Source: Lama guanicoe (Eukaryota). Taken from it: 64,000 nt of DNA. The translations under genes and the position numbers were made by a program. The first letter of the stretch is position 1, and each line of letters starts with the position of its first letter. The notes under the pieces are model-generated. The model saw only the letters and a list, made by a program, of their open reading frames with translations. It was not told where the DNA came from and searched no databases. Location of the stretch: positions 10,677,175 to 10,741,174 of the forward strand of contig MU056000.1 of the NCBI GenBank assembly GCA_013239625.1. Direction: 5' to 3'. This document shows, one piece after another, positions 12,191-25,469 of this stretch.

Positions 12191-13879
12191 TTCTGGTACC
12201 AAAATTTGTATTAGTTGGAGGAATACAGTTGATAGAATGGAGAGAGAGAGAGACAGAGAGAGATCTGTGATAGGAATGAGCTCATATAATTATAAAGGCT
12301 GACAGATCCAAAATCTGCATTATGGCCTGGCAGCCTGAGATCCAGGAGAACAGATGATGCAGCTGCAGTCCGAAGGCTGGAGACTAAGGAGAGCCAATGA
12401 TGGAGATGACTCCTGAAGGCATTCTGCTAGAGAGTTCCTTCTCGCTCAGAGAGGCCAGTCTTTTTCTTCTATTCAGGCCATCAACTGATTGGATGAGGCC
12501 CACCACATTATTGAGGGCAATCTGCTTTACTCAAAGTTTACCAATTTAAATGTTAATCTCATCCAAAAATGCCCTCCAACTTAACCATTATACTGGAAGA
12601 AAAGTGGGAGGAAGGAACCCTGCATGTTCCAGTTCCCCTGTGGAGGGAGAATCACAATACCCATGAACAGAAACGCCCTGAGAAGTCCTGCAGTGAAGGT
12701 GCTTTTTCACATTTGTATAACCCTGTCTTTCTTAAACTTATTTGCTAATAAGAACCATCCTCCCCCTCTACTTCTTTTTGTGTGAAAATGTATTGTCATC
12801 TTGCTGGATACCGGTGTCTACAGAAACACAATTAGGTAAAATGCTGGTCTATAGAATGGTGTCAATTTAAGTTAACTAGCTCCTTTGGGGATTAAGTTGG
12901 TGATTTCAACTTCATTACCTGGCTTCATTAACTGACTCTGGTAACCTAAATGGGTATTTATGCATTTGATTTGTTGGGAGATTAACATAGCTCTGTTGGC
13001 TAAAGCATGGTGCCAATGGTTGGGAAGTGAGGGGTAGGAATGGAGGTGGGAGAGTGTCCTGTCAAGATCGTGGACGTACATGGTAATGTCTAAGCAGATC
13101 TGGAGAAGGGGTCCTACTGCCAGTTTTGCCTCATTCCTTATGAAAAGCCCAGTTGAGGTAAAGAACAGTGAGGGCAGAGAGGGCATGATGGTTGTCCCCA
13201 ACTCAGTCTGTAAAGACGGTCCCCTGTGTGGGGACCATGAAACACCTGGTGCACTTACGACTCTCGTCAGCACTAACACAGAGCCACCGTCCGAGAAAGA
13301 TACGAAAAGGAGGCAAATTATAAGGCAAAGAAAACAGCCATTATTTTTTTTTCCACTTGCATATTCATAGGCTTGTGATTTCTTTCTTAACTCAAGGAAA
13401 GAATGAAGCATCCTTAATCCTATCATCCTGGAAAACTTGATGAGTAAGCGTCTGAGTGTTGAAAAGCATGGAAATGTGATGGTATTTGATAAAAAATTTC
13501 CCTAAGTCTGCATTCAGAAATGTGAAATCCTAGGTCAGTCACCGGAAACCGTCAAGCCGTATAAACCAAACACTAAGTTTGTCTAGTTAATCCATTGATG
13601 ATTATCACCACAAGTGTTACCCCTTTTCTCTACTGGCCCAACCTCAGCCAAACATGCCTCGTCCTCAGTGGAAAAAGTGCTACCTGGTTTCCACCCCGGT
13701 GTCTGTCTCCCTTGAATGTGATGGTCAGGTTGGGGGCAGCAACAGTGCTCAGTCTGCCCAATGGGGCAGTGCCTTGCCGCTGCCTGGGCTGAGAGTGGGA
13801 GGTATCTGGAAGATAGAAGAATTCATGTACCTTGAGGTAAACTTCACTAAAGAAAGATAAGAGACAAAAAGAAGCTGGC

Positions 13880-14110
13880 AGAGACATTGCCTACCTCCCT
13901 CACCCACTCCGGGCATCCTTCCTGAGATGCCATGGTTTCCTGTGACCCAGAGTCAGGGATGTCTTTGTGATGCTGTGACCATTTTGGTAAGAATCTTAAT
14001 TTTTCTCCCCCTCCTTTCCTGCTTCATTTTCCTTTTCCCTTCACTCGCAACCCCTGCACTCAATAAGCTTTGTTCCCAGGGCTCTGTTTTCCAGAGAAGT
14101 CAGCCAAGAC
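13880..14110 (+). mobile_element. Ancient ERVL LTR fragment (LTR16/LTR33-like)
   Basis: 3' end cactcaataag...cagggctctgttttccagagaagtcagccaagaca. Confidence 0.5.
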
Positions 14111-15404
14111 ACTGCCAGCATATCAACATGGAAGTCACTCTGGGTCACTCCTGATTATTCCTACAGAAGAGAAGCCAGCATAGACAACAGGAGAGGAATT
14201 ACAGCCTTCATTAGGTAGGAGGAAAGCCTTCAGCTCAGCTGCTGCCCAACACCAAGAGCCCTTTGGCAGCATTTTAAGGGGCTCAAGATACGTGCCTGTG
14301 TCTGGGGCTCCCTCCCTCAAAAGACACAAGCTGGCTGCGTGTGACTCTGGGCTGGGTCAGGTTGCTGTGTTTCCTGGGCTCATCTTCACGCATCTCTTCC
14401 AGCTCAGCACTCCCCTCCCATCAGCCCTGTTCGTGCCCAGCTCTGCTCTAACCATTGGGCTGCTAACATTTTCACCCTGATGTTTCGGGGCATTTTTAAC
14501 GGCCCAGTGGCAGCCTCCAGCCAGGCTGAGCCGTCTACCTGCTCTGTTCAAATTTTCTCCCCAGAAACCAGTGAGTGGTTTTTGTAAGAACTCAGGTTAC
14601 AAAGTTGCACAGGTTTGGTGTGGTCTGCCCAACCCGATTTTTCTCATAAACTCTTGTCATTTTAGTGCCTGATTTTAGAGAATGTGAGGTGTGTTCAGGT
14701 ATGTGTATGTTGCAATCGAGCAGACGTGTCAGTGTCTCTTTTCAAGTAGACATGAACTAAAGACTTGTTGAATGAATAAAATGCATGAAAATATTTCTAG
14801 GGATGTAGAAAGTGACATTCATATCACAGTATTTGTTATTTTTACTTTTTTGTTTATGTCAAGGAAGATTTAAAGCTCTCACATTATAGCTGATTAAAAA
14901 ACAGACTTTCCTGTGGCCCCTCGCTGGTCTAGGCCTGATGAAATCTCCGGATGGGGCGGGGAGGGTCAGCTCCTTCAAGCAGTTACTTTATTTTTCTTCT
15001 TTTTAATTTTAACCATAGTGCACATACCAAGGAATGTGTCTTTAAAAACAAAAATAAGCCCTGAAATGTGTATTTGGGATTATGATAAGGCAACAGAAGA
15101 AATGAAACCTCAGGCATCCTGCTTTAAGTTGATGACTCCCCCTCCCCGGGAGACAGAGAACCGCTCTGGTGGGTCGGTGTACAGATTGCATACAGTCTCA
15201 TTTTTACGGAACCCCTTTTGGTGTGCATAGAAATCACTGTGTACAAATTGGCCAAGTGCTTCTGTAGATAATGTCAGTGGAGTAAATATTCGACAGACCA
15301 TTAAAAAAACAAAACAAAACAAAACCAAACAGACTTTCCCCACGGCAACAGTGTTACCTGCAGATAATGCGATAAACATGCTATGCTGAGTCTCCTCTAC
15401 CGTC

Positions 15405-15570
15405 TGAATCTACGCCTCTCCCTTCTCCATCAGGTTCTGTGCCCCAGGAGGCTGGATTTCTTAGGCTACATCAGTTGTGATTCTCCTGCTCTCTGGCCCC
15501 CTGTTGGGTCCAGCCAGTGAGATGCAGAGGAGGGGAAGGGTGGGTGGGAGAAGAGGTGGGGAACCCACAT
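15405..15570. mobile_element. LTR33-like ERVL LTR fragment
   Basis: ttctgtgccccaggaggctg...ctctggcccc ctgttgggtccagccagtg motif. Confidence 0.5.
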
Positions 15571-16164
15571 CTTTGTTAATACTCTCAGTTTATGGGTGCC
15601 ACCTAGTTCCTGCTGTGATCCTGATGGCTAAACAACTTTCTCTGAAGGTTTGTGTATTTTCCAATCTTTAGTAGGTGAATGAGTGAGGCAACTCATTAAC
15701 TCCTTGTTATATTCATCCTTGACTAAGAAGAAATTCACAAGAGATTTCACTTACATCTTTAACTAAAAGTGAAGAGTATCTCTTCCTTGGCAATGTGTAT
15801 CTGAAAAAAGGGACACATAAAACACATTTGGAAAAGTGCCATTTCACACAATTCCATCTGTTTTTTTTTTTTTGATGATTCAGAAGTTATTTCAGTAGAC
15901 AGCAGTGTCTCAAGAGCAATGATTATGTAAAAATTATAATAGTACTAAAGTATGTATGGAAAGTCTGGTTAATAGAAAACCAGACAGTAGAATTTTCTAC
16001 ACTTTGGGTAAAATAATCGTGTATGTGTCTGCTATAAAATTTCCCTGTGAACACAGCTGAATTACTAACAAAACAGAGACCCAGAAAAATGACTCCAGGG
16101 TAGGTTTTACGTTTTTAAAATAGCATCAGAAATATTTGTTGATTTTCCCCTGTGTTCAGACACC

Positions 16165-16345
16165 ATTATGGCATGCGTATCATATTTCCTTTCATCCTCA
16201 GGGCAACTCAATGAGTTGGGTTTTGTTTTATAGATGCTCAGAGAAGTTAAGTTACTAGCCCGAGATCACATACCTGGGAAGGGGCAAAGCCTGGATTAGA
16301 GGCCAGGTCTGTTTGATTCCAAAGTCCAAACTCTTAACACTAGAC
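16165..16345 (-). mobile_element. MIR SINE
   Basis: gctcagagaagttaagttactagcccgagatcaca...tttgattccaaagtccaaactcttaac. Confidence 0.85.
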
Positions 16346-17744
16346 CAACTGTCATTTCACGGATTGTTGAATGGGAGTTCGAGAATCCACAGCTTGGCTT
16401 TTCTGAGCCTTCATGGAGGTGGACGTTCATCCCAGTAGGCGATGGCAACTAGCGCTTTGCTTTTGTGTTCTTCCCTGCGAGGTAGGACTGATTCTTACGA
16501 TTTAGGCATCGCTGTGTGTCATTACCCACTGCAACAGCATACGGCGCCAACATCGGCCAGCAAGACCATCCTTCATGGTAATGGCAGCAGTCACCACGCC
16601 GGGAGATCTTGGGACTGAACTCTTTTTCACCTAAGGAAACAGTAGGAAGCCATGCTTTCAGGCAGTCACGTTCAGCGCCGTGCATTAAATCATAGCATTT
16701 TAGAGCTGGAGGGGAATGCTTATAATGAAAGCAATAATTTTTACTTACTCTTGAAGACCTGTCTGAAAATAGTAGACTATCCTCGGCAGGCAAAAAGGCA
16801 ATCTTTATTTTTCATGTCCCGTAAACAAGGCCACAAACTCTGCATGAGAAGGTAAGATAAAGGCTTATTTTTCAATAATTTATGTTGCTCGGACTTATCT
16901 CCGAGTATGTGTTAAATCCCGAAGAGTGACCCAGACCACTGGACCGGGGTGGTCCGGTGGCCGGGGCGGGCAGTGGTGGAGGGGGAGGAAGGCCGGGCAG
17001 GGGGAGGTGTGTTGGTGGGGTCTACACATCCTTTGCTTGGTGAACAGCTGCCCTGAGTTTCTTTGGCAAATTAGTTACATAGGGTGTAAAATGAATGGGC
17101 AGAATATTCATTGAGGAGGGGAGGGCTTGGGGTCATATTTCCTGATTATCATCCCAGCTCCACCTTCCTAAGGGAGGAGAGATTTTTGTCCTTATTTAGT
17201 CTGGATCAGAAGTGCCATGGCGTTGGTGCAGGATGGGTACTTCTGACCTGCAAGGCTAATTTTATTGAAATGAGGACATAATGAGCAAAAGTTTACCTTC
17301 AGACCCTGGAAATTCCTGCCTTTTCTGACCTTTCTTTGTTGGTCTCCAGGCCAAAAGGTGTGGCCCCTTATCAGCCCGAAGATTCCTACTTTTCTTTCTC
17401 TGCCTGGGGGCCCCTGGTGCTGACGTATGTTTCCTGCATCTGGCCTGGGCCCCTCCTTTCTGCCCGACTCCTGCCATTTGGTCTGTCCCCCCCTTTCTCT
17501 GCTCACATCCAGCTGTCTGCCTGCACGGACAGAGTCAGCCCTGCACAGCAGACCCATCTGAGGGCCCCCTCAAGAGAATCCCTCAGACGTGCGGCTTCAC
17601 TGCAGGGCGATCCTGGAATACTCCTCCCTCCTGGGCCTGCCACTCTCGCGTTTAAGGCATTTAGGAATTTGCTCTGCGGAGAACCGTGTGGGTCCTGGCG
17701 GTGGGCTATGAAGCATAAAGACGTTCACAATCTCCTCGATATGA

Positions 17745-17835
17745 TACTTGCTGTGTTTTATCTCTAGCTCCTAGAACAGTGCCTGGACCATACGTGGCGC
17801 TCACTGAATATTTATTAAATCAATGGATGAATAGA
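17745..17835 (+). mobile_element. L2 3' end
   Basis: cctagaacagtgcctggacc...gcgctcactgaatatttattaaatcaatggatgaat. Confidence 0.85.
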
Positions 17836-19726
17836 TGGAGGGAGGGAAGAAGAGCGACGAATTCTTGAACAAACTTTTTGCATGATGAAGGAGAGCAGAG
17901 AGGAGCTTTCATGAGCCCCACCCAGTGTCCTCCTCCAGGCTGGGGCCAAATGGGAGCCTCAGGGCAGTTGGCGGGGAGGCTAAAGCAGGCTGTGTGAAAG
18001 GGCGAGGGCTCTACACGCCTCTGCACACTTGCCCTTTGCCTTCTCCCCGTTGGGCACGAATCCACCCACGGGGGGACCACAGGGGCTTTCAGGACACACA
18101 AGTGTGAGCCCCTGGCATATGCAGTTTTCACTTTCTTGGTCAGAGTGACTCCTAGAGGGTTAATGAAAACCACATGGCGCGCCCATCTGGTGATGTGGGT
18201 GGAGGACTGAGCTTGGCACTGGGAGGCTGGTTGTGAGGCAGTTTTACTAATTCAGGTGAGGCCCGTGAGGGCTCGAATTCAGACACAGGTGGTGAGAATG
18301 GCCTGGAGGTGATGTGTTCTGGAAATATTTGTCGGGAGGATCAGCATTACTTATTGGACTCATCATATCCTGCCCCGAGGCCTTAGATGTCCCCAAATAA
18401 AGTGACTTTATAGTTTCCAGCTGAGAATGTTGGCCAGCCACCAGCTATTGCTAGGAACTGGCTTTTTCAGAATGGCCACTGTATTCATTGTTTTTGAATT
18501 TCCGAGTCCCATCTGTTTGGTTCTGCAGTGTGTTTCTTTCCATACTTAATAAAGACCTGTTGAAATGGCATTTAATTCAGATTTTTTTTTTGCACCAATG
18601 AAGTCAGTGTGGCTTTTCTCACCACCCTAGCATTTCAGCCTCTCTCTGTCTATGTCACTCTGCCTGTCCCCTCCCGTCCCCGCTCATCTCTCATCTTTCC
18701 GCTTTAGCCACGACTGGCTCCGACTTCATGACTTCTGATCTGTGCCTCCCAGCTTACCTGGACTCCTGGGTGCTGGCTTCTGGGACTCAGCTTTACCCAA
18801 GCTCAGACCTACCACTCACCGCGCAGCTTGGACCTCCGATGCCATCCTCTGACTCGGAACCGTCTCTGCGCCCTCTGGTTTGGTCTGGGGACCCAAATGT
18901 TCATCTTGCCATTGCCCTTTCTCAGTTGGTCCTGTCCTGTGGCACTTCATGTCCCCGGGTGGCATGAAGCTTTTGGCCTGGCTGTTCCCACTGGAGAGTC
19001 TGTTTGGCTAAAAGAGTTTGCGCCCTATTTCCCGGCATTGTTAGCAGGACACCCCTTCTGGACACCTTTCAGTCATTCCATATTTGGACCTGAGATTTCT
19101 CAGCTCTACCTCTTCCCATCCTTCACCAAAATTTGAAACTCAAACTTCTTACACAGAAATTTCATTCAATGAATCCCATCACTTTGATCACCCGTCTTAG
19201 ATTTAAGCAAGGCTCGTTGGTCTGTGTTTAAGAAACGCATCATCTTCGCTCCTGGAGGGCAGGGGTTAACTGTTTGTTTAAGCAGCTTTATAATGTAACA
19301 AAGGCCACCACTTACGTTGTAATGCAACCGAGAACAAGTTTAGAAAAAATTAATGCTATTAGTGATTACTGAAAGGTGACTTCTTTGTGAAATGGAAGTA
19401 ATATTAGGGAAAATATTAACGCGCTTTATCTTCTGCACTTTTGGGTATGTTACCTTATCCCTGATCACCCCGAGGAATCTGTCTTCTTCACGAGTGTGGT
19501 GCTGGGGTTCTCAGAAGGATTTGTTGACATTACAATGGAAATGTCAGGGGAAATTAAAAAAATTAATACTCAGCTTCTGACATTCAAAATAGGCTTTCGC
19601 TGCCAAGCAGTAGGCTTGAGGTTTTTGCTGCGAGAGGTTTCCCAAATTAGCATGTCAAGTTCGGAAGCCCAGCCCTTGGTGCCTGAAGGAATAAGACTCG
19701 TAGTCTTTTTCTCCCCCCATTCCTGC

Positions 19727-20503
19727 TTTATTGAGGAATAATTGACAATTATATGTTGTATACATTTAAAGTATACAATTGATGATTGGATATATGTAGA
19801 CATTGTGAAATGATCACCATAATCAAAGTAGTTAACGTATCCCTTACTTTATATAATTTTTTTTTTGTGGTGTGAACCTTTAAGATCTACCTTCCTAGCA
19901 AATTTCAAGTTACATGACAGTATTGTTAACTATGGTAGCATTGTTGTACATTAGATCTCCAGAGCTTACTCATCTTATACAACTGAAACTTTGTATGCCT
20001 TGATCACCACCTCCCCATTTCTCTCTGCCCCCAGCTCCTGGTAGCTATCATTCTACCCTCCGATGATTTCAGATTCCATCTATAAGTGAGCTCATGCAGA
20101 ATTTGTCTTTCTGTGTCTGACTTATTTCACTTAGGATAAAGTTTTCTAGGTTTACCTATGACCTCATAAATGGCAGGATTCCCTTCTCTTTTTTTTAAAG
20201 ACTGAACAGTATTCCACTGCACATACATACCACACTGTCTTCATCCATTTATCCGTCAGTGGACACTCAGGTGTTTCTGTGTCGTGACTACTGTGAATAA
20301 TGCTGGCGGTGAATATGGGGTGCAGATATCTCTCTAAGATCCTGATTTCAATTGTTTTGGGTATATGCCTGGAAGTGGGATTGCTGGATCATATGACAGT
20401 TCGCTTTTTAACTTGGGGGGAACCTCCATCCTGTTTTCTATAGTGACTGCACCAGTTTACATTCCTACCAACAGGGCACAGGGGCTCCCTTTTCTCCATA
20501 TTG
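19727..20503 (-). mobile_element. L1MA/MB-type 3' portion
   Basis: tttattgaggaataattgaca...cattgtgaaatgatcacca...ggaagtgggattgctggatcatatg. Confidence 0.92.
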
Positions 20504-21329
20504 TCTTGATCGCATCTTCCTGGGAGAGAATCCAGAGAAAGGAGGGGTGCTGTATAAGCTGAGGGGATGCTGAGGGTGTGGGTCTTTCACTCCAGCTTTC
20601 TGTCTGGAGCTCCAGGAGGAGGCTGTCTTGCAGACTGCTCCCTTGTGAACCTGGGGACACCCCCATCGAAGTAAGCTAGGAAGCACAGAGTGGGCTGGGA
20701 TTCATTAGCCTGAGTTGCTTTTGCTTCTGGAGGGGCATGAATGGAGCCTAGAATTTCCTTCTTGTTCCTGGTGTTGGGGGTGGGGTGGGAGACATAGAAG
20801 GTAGCTGAGTTTCGGGCCCTCGGGTCAGCTAAGGTCTCCCCGAGGTGAGGGGAAGGTGGAACTTGAGCAGAGACCGGGATGGACCACTTAGGCCAAGAGC
20901 TGAAGGAGGGTGTGCTGGGGACCTGAGCCCTCCACCACCTGGGGGGCGGGGGGCAGGTCAGCGAGGGGGGAACGCCCGACCAGGTGTTATTAATGATTCA
21001 TTTTGACCTGATAAAGGAAGATGGGTGTATAGTACACGTGATCACATTTTCCTTAACAACAAAACCTGGAAGGTTGCGCTTCAGGACTTGACGGCGGTCG
21101 CATTGGTTGTTAGAGTTAGAATCTTGACTTTCTCTCTTCTGCTTCTCTCATTTTGAAACATGTTCTGTTAAGAGAAAGGGTTAATTTTATACAAAGAAAA
21201 AAATAAAACTATCTCTAGAAATTAAAAAAAAAAGGAATCTTGCTGGACACGTTACCCTGCAACTTTTCTTTTAATATTCCAAAGCCATCCCTGTATGTCT
21301 GTAGACATAAATCTCTCTTTTTGAGATTT

Positions 21330-21770
21330 TTCCTGAACACACACATATAATCTTACACGAACAGAATCATATTTTTTCTCTATTCAGTCTCCATTTTCCT
21401 TTGCCTTCTACCCTTTCCCCTCCCCGGTACCACCCCCACCGTCTACTTCCCCAGGTAGTGTCAGCAACCTGATGTGTGTGGTTTTGTACTTTTTTCTATA
21501 TAAACATACAAATACGTATAAATATGTATATAGACATGTATACAGCCCATGCATACACACATTTAGACACGTGCATGTGTAAATGCACTTGCAGGTGTTC
21601 CATCTCTGTGTTGTCTTTTGTACTCATCTCTACCTCCTGGAAAACCCTGCCAACCAACTGGCATAACTCCAATGCATTTTTTAAATGGTTCCACAATATT
21701 CTATGGTGTTGCCATATTATAAGTCGTTCATCCACCTGTGAGATTTCTGAGCATTTCTTTTTTCTTGATT
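21330..21770 (-). mobile_element. Old L1 (L1ME-like) fragment
   Basis: Diverged antisense 3'UTR motifs (tttttaaatggttccacaatattc). Confidence 0.5.
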
Positions 21771-21831
21771 CTTGGAGGTGGTGGCTATTTGGCTACTGTC
21801 ATTTAAAGGCTTATAATAATAATTTTTCTCC

Positions 21832-22040
21832 ATTTTTTAATTGAAGCATAGTTGATTTACAATGTTGTATTAATTTCTGGTGTACAGTACAGCACAGTGA
21901 TTCAGTTATACGCATGCATATATATATGCATATTCTTTTTTGCATTCTTTTTCATTACAGGTTACTACAAGCCATTGAACAGAGTTCCCTGTGCTACACA
22001 GTAGGACTGTTTATCTATTCTGTACGTAGTAGTTGTATCT
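21832..22040 (-). mobile_element. Camelid-type L1 3' end
   Basis: ttgaagcatagttgatttacaatgttg...agttccctgtgctacacagtagg. Confidence 0.88.
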
Positions 22041-24331
22041 ATGCTACTATGAAAGCTTATTATATTTTCTATATTTCAAGTAAGTTTAGCAGTTAAGTTT
22101 TATTACTCTGATAACGTTAACACACCTAGATTTTTATCCACTTACTTCTAATGACGTTCAAATGTGTTACTCTATTTTAAGGCCAAGACAATAGTCCTTG
22201 GTGAATGTAGGTGCTATGGAGTAAAATGATAGGACAGTGAATGAATAAATGTTTGAGAATCTCTATTACGTAAGATACAGATTTCAAGCTCATTAGCGGG
22301 TTGCCACAAAACTCTTTAATAGGACGTGTGCAAGGGATTTCTGTGGAGGGGTTAAAGCCGGGCCCAAATCAAGGTGGTGACTTCTATTTGAATTAACCAG
22401 CTGTTGAAAAATGGGCTGGATCTTCAGAAGGCCATAAGGTTTTTACAGTTTTATTGAAATTTTCATTGCAATTATTGCATATGATATCTTGCATTCAGAC
22501 GTAGGTCGCATTGATTTTCAGAGGTTAGTAAGATAATGTTACCTTCTTATTGTCGACTCTCCTTGACCTTTCTAGCATTATCTTATGCCCAGAAGATTTG
22601 TTACAGAGTCCCAATATTTAGCCAAGGTAATGCTTCTTTATACATCTAAGTCCAAATTTTTGAAAGGCTATAGACATCTAAACCCTCATTTAATTTTTGT
22701 TGTTGTTGCATTTTTGGGTTGTGAATCTCGCTCACAGCGGGTGAAGATGATAATTTTTATTTTCGTCTGCCAAGAGTTCTAAATCATGCCGAGTAAATGA
22801 GATAAAAGCCAACATTGCTTAGCTGAGTTACCTCTGATGACAGTGTGTAAATCACTTCCTATTATTTTACCTGCAGGAAGGGGAGGTTGTTATTCTGTTA
22901 CACTTGCTTTAAATGTCTAACTGTGGCTTCTATTACCAACAGAAATTTGGAAACATATTCGCCCACTGCCATAAACTTTTGACTAATAAAAAACAAACAC
23001 ATAGTACAATTTTTTCTCTGAAGCTTTAATTTAAAACCAGGTGTGAGGACAAAGAGGTTTGCTAATGCTGAACATGTCTTTGGTCACATGGACACCATGT
23101 AGTGTATGATGAATAAGGTATGATGAATAAGTAAAAAAATTTTTTACTTTCTTCTTTGTAGGAAATAGAACCAGAATTACCTGAAAATCTGCCCAGTGTT
23201 CTCGTTACTGTCTCAGTCATTTGACTGTGGATGGAAGTCAGGGCATCCTTAATACACAGTCCAGAGACTTAATAAGTAAAAGGGAAATTGAAGGGCAGAT
23301 AAATCTAACGTAGAGAGTGGCAGAATCCCTTCTGTAATAACAGCGCTTAATCACCACTTTTGTCTTCTGGATGTTTTTGCACTGTTGCGTCTCATTGCCA
23401 AGGATGGCAGAGAAGGTGGGATGCAGGCAGCTGTGGTGAGAGATCTGGGGTGAGAGAACTCTCTCCACCACCTACACATCCTTCCCAGTGTGGGCTGAGT
23501 TCCGGCCAGCCAGCCATTCCTAACCTCCAGGCTGACTCACTCAGTGCTTGTAACCCAGTCATAACCCCTGACTCTGCATTGTGTCCCACAGGCTGGGCTG
23601 GGCCCCTGCTTAGCAGGACTGGACCAGGCACCACCGTCCTCTTGGGGTCTTCAGGTGTTAGCATTAGCAGAGACCTTGGCACCATCCCCTCACCCTCCTT
23701 GCTTTGCTGATGATGGGACTGAGGCCCAAAGAAGTTGAGTGTCTTGTGGTTAAGTCCTAAGGGGGTCCACATTCCCTACCCTCCCGATCTGTGGGGCTCT
23801 CTGTCTTCACTGTCAGGCACCTGTCTTTTCAGGGAAGATGGCTGTGTGTCAGGATGCTGAGGGTACGGGGCTGCTGTTGAATGGGATGACAAAATTTCCG
23901 CTGGGGCATGAGGCACTGGCCTGGGGCGCTGCTGAGAGCACGGGGGTGGGGGCGGCAAGCTAAAAGCAGTCCATTTTCCTGTATCACTGTTTCTTCGATG
24001 GCATCCCTACCTCCAAATCTGTCCTGACACCAGGACTCATTGTTAGCCGTCTCCACCTGAAACCCTAGTCTGTGCATTTCAAGAACGCTGGTATCTCTGA
24101 CTACATTCAGCTTTGAGCTTCTTGGCTGAGAGATGTTCCCTAGAGACAAAACATTAGTGTTGATATTTTTGGATCATTAAGATGTCCAGCTGCGTCAGCT
24201 GCTCAACTTCTTTTAGCCTCTCTTGTCCTGCAAGATCTTCATTACCCGAATGAAGGAAAACTGGCTTCTAATTCTGGTTAATGTCAGATTGTCACAACTC
24301 CATCAGGACTGAGGTAGAATTAAATTTCTTT

Positions 24332-24478
24332 GTATTTTTAATTTAATTTATTTTAATTTTGTTTTTTAAATTGAGGTTTTTTATTGGCTTTTTAAAAAAA
24401 ATGGAGGTACTAGTGATTAAGCCAGGACCTTGCGCATGCTAAGCATGTGCTCTACAACTGAGCTGTACCCCTACCCTC
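24332..24478 (-). mobile_element. tRNA-derived camelid SINE (vic-1-like) with 11-bp TSD
   Basis: atggaggtactagtgattaagccaggaccttgcgcatgctaagcatgtgctctacaactgagctgtaccc; TSD taaatttcttt at 24321-24331 and 24479-24489. Confidence 0.9.
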
Positions 24479-25469
24479 TAAATTTCTTTTTAAATAGTTT
24501 AAATTCTGAATGGGCCTAAATGACTTCCTCAAGCTTTTTCTTTACTTCAAAAAAAAAAAAATCAGAAAGTGAGCAACGTTTTTTACCTTCTTTTCCTGGA
24601 GCTTCCCAAAGAAAACTGGCAGAGCGGCCCACCACATACAGGTAGTGAGTGAAATAATGGATCTTTTGGAAATATAGAGCCCTTATCGTGAGACTCAATA
24701 GCGATGTTTTAAATGGAAGGTGTAAGCAAACCTTAGCTGGAGGCAGCATCTGAGCTCCCTTTTCACCAGTGTTATTCACTCATGGCTTCTCATCAAAGAG
24801 AATTGTAATTCAAATTACTTTCAAGATTTCCCTATTGTATCCCATGAGATGCCACAGGTTTTTCTGTAAAAGGAAACACTAGCCGTAGATTTTTTTTGCC
24901 CTTTAAATTGTATTTGAAAATTAGATATAAGAAGACTGTTGAACACATAAGACATTCCATCCATCACTGACATGGAGACAGCCTTTTATTGACTGTCTCT
25001 CAAGTTGACACGAGAGCTCTTTGCAGATCACTGATCTGCGCTGCATATTCGGTCTCTCAATTTCAATACATATCAGTCCTGTTACTTCATGTGTTAAGGG
25101 TACGAACCAACATTGTTACTCAGACTCACTTCCCAAGATCTATTACTGACAGGGGAAGTTGAAACAGAAAAGGGAAAAACTGTGGTACTCAAACTGTGTC
25201 TACTGTAAGTGAGCTGAAGCAGGACTACTTTACAGAAAATATTAATAACCTCAGTCTTTGGTTTCTATAAAAATTACTCAAGATAAGCTACACATTTTAA
25301 AACAGCCTAATTCAGGATTACCCAAAAACTGTAACATCAGCAGTTCACATCTCTGCCTTTGCAGTGGTGTAAATAGGATTTTTAAATCCTGCAAGCAACA
25401 GGAGTTTTCATATTCAGCACTGCAGTGAAAACAGAATATGCAAACCTGGAGTACTGCACAGGTGCTGGG

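Larger units (their letters stand above)
10369..12592 (-). mobile_element. Internally deleted ERV-L provirus with two MLT2-type LTRs (5' LTR 12207-12592, 3' LTR 10369-10726)
   Basis: Two homologous LTRs sharing tcaactgattggatgaggcccacc; PBS region aattttggtaccag (minus) at 12193-12206; PPT gacaaggggtggac next to the 3' LTR; TSD ctggg 10364-10368 / ctgga 12593-12597. Confidence 0.92.
10280..12850. mobile_element. hAT-Charlie-type MITE split by the ERV-L insertion (pieces ~10280-10363 and ~12598-12850)
   Basis: Left cagcatttcc and right taaaatgctg look like terminal inverted repeats; internal agaagtcctgcagt...aaacttatttg motif. Confidence 0.5.

Noticed and set aside
12872..13426. Longest ORF in the track (184 aa, minus strand)
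   Set aside because: No recognisable domain, random-looking composition and no supporting exon structure; an ORF this long is plausible by chance in 64 kb over six frames
16934..17010. Short GC hairpin and G-rich, G4-like tract
   Set aside because: 12-bp imperfect stem and irregular G-runs, within chance expectation; no other support
18171..18195. CTCF-like motif (caccagatgggcgc, minus strand)
   Set aside because: Contains an extra G relative to the core consensus; cannot be supported without ChIP data
24400..24478. tRNA-like A/B boxes
   Set aside because: Part of a SINE with a tail and TSD; not a tRNA gene
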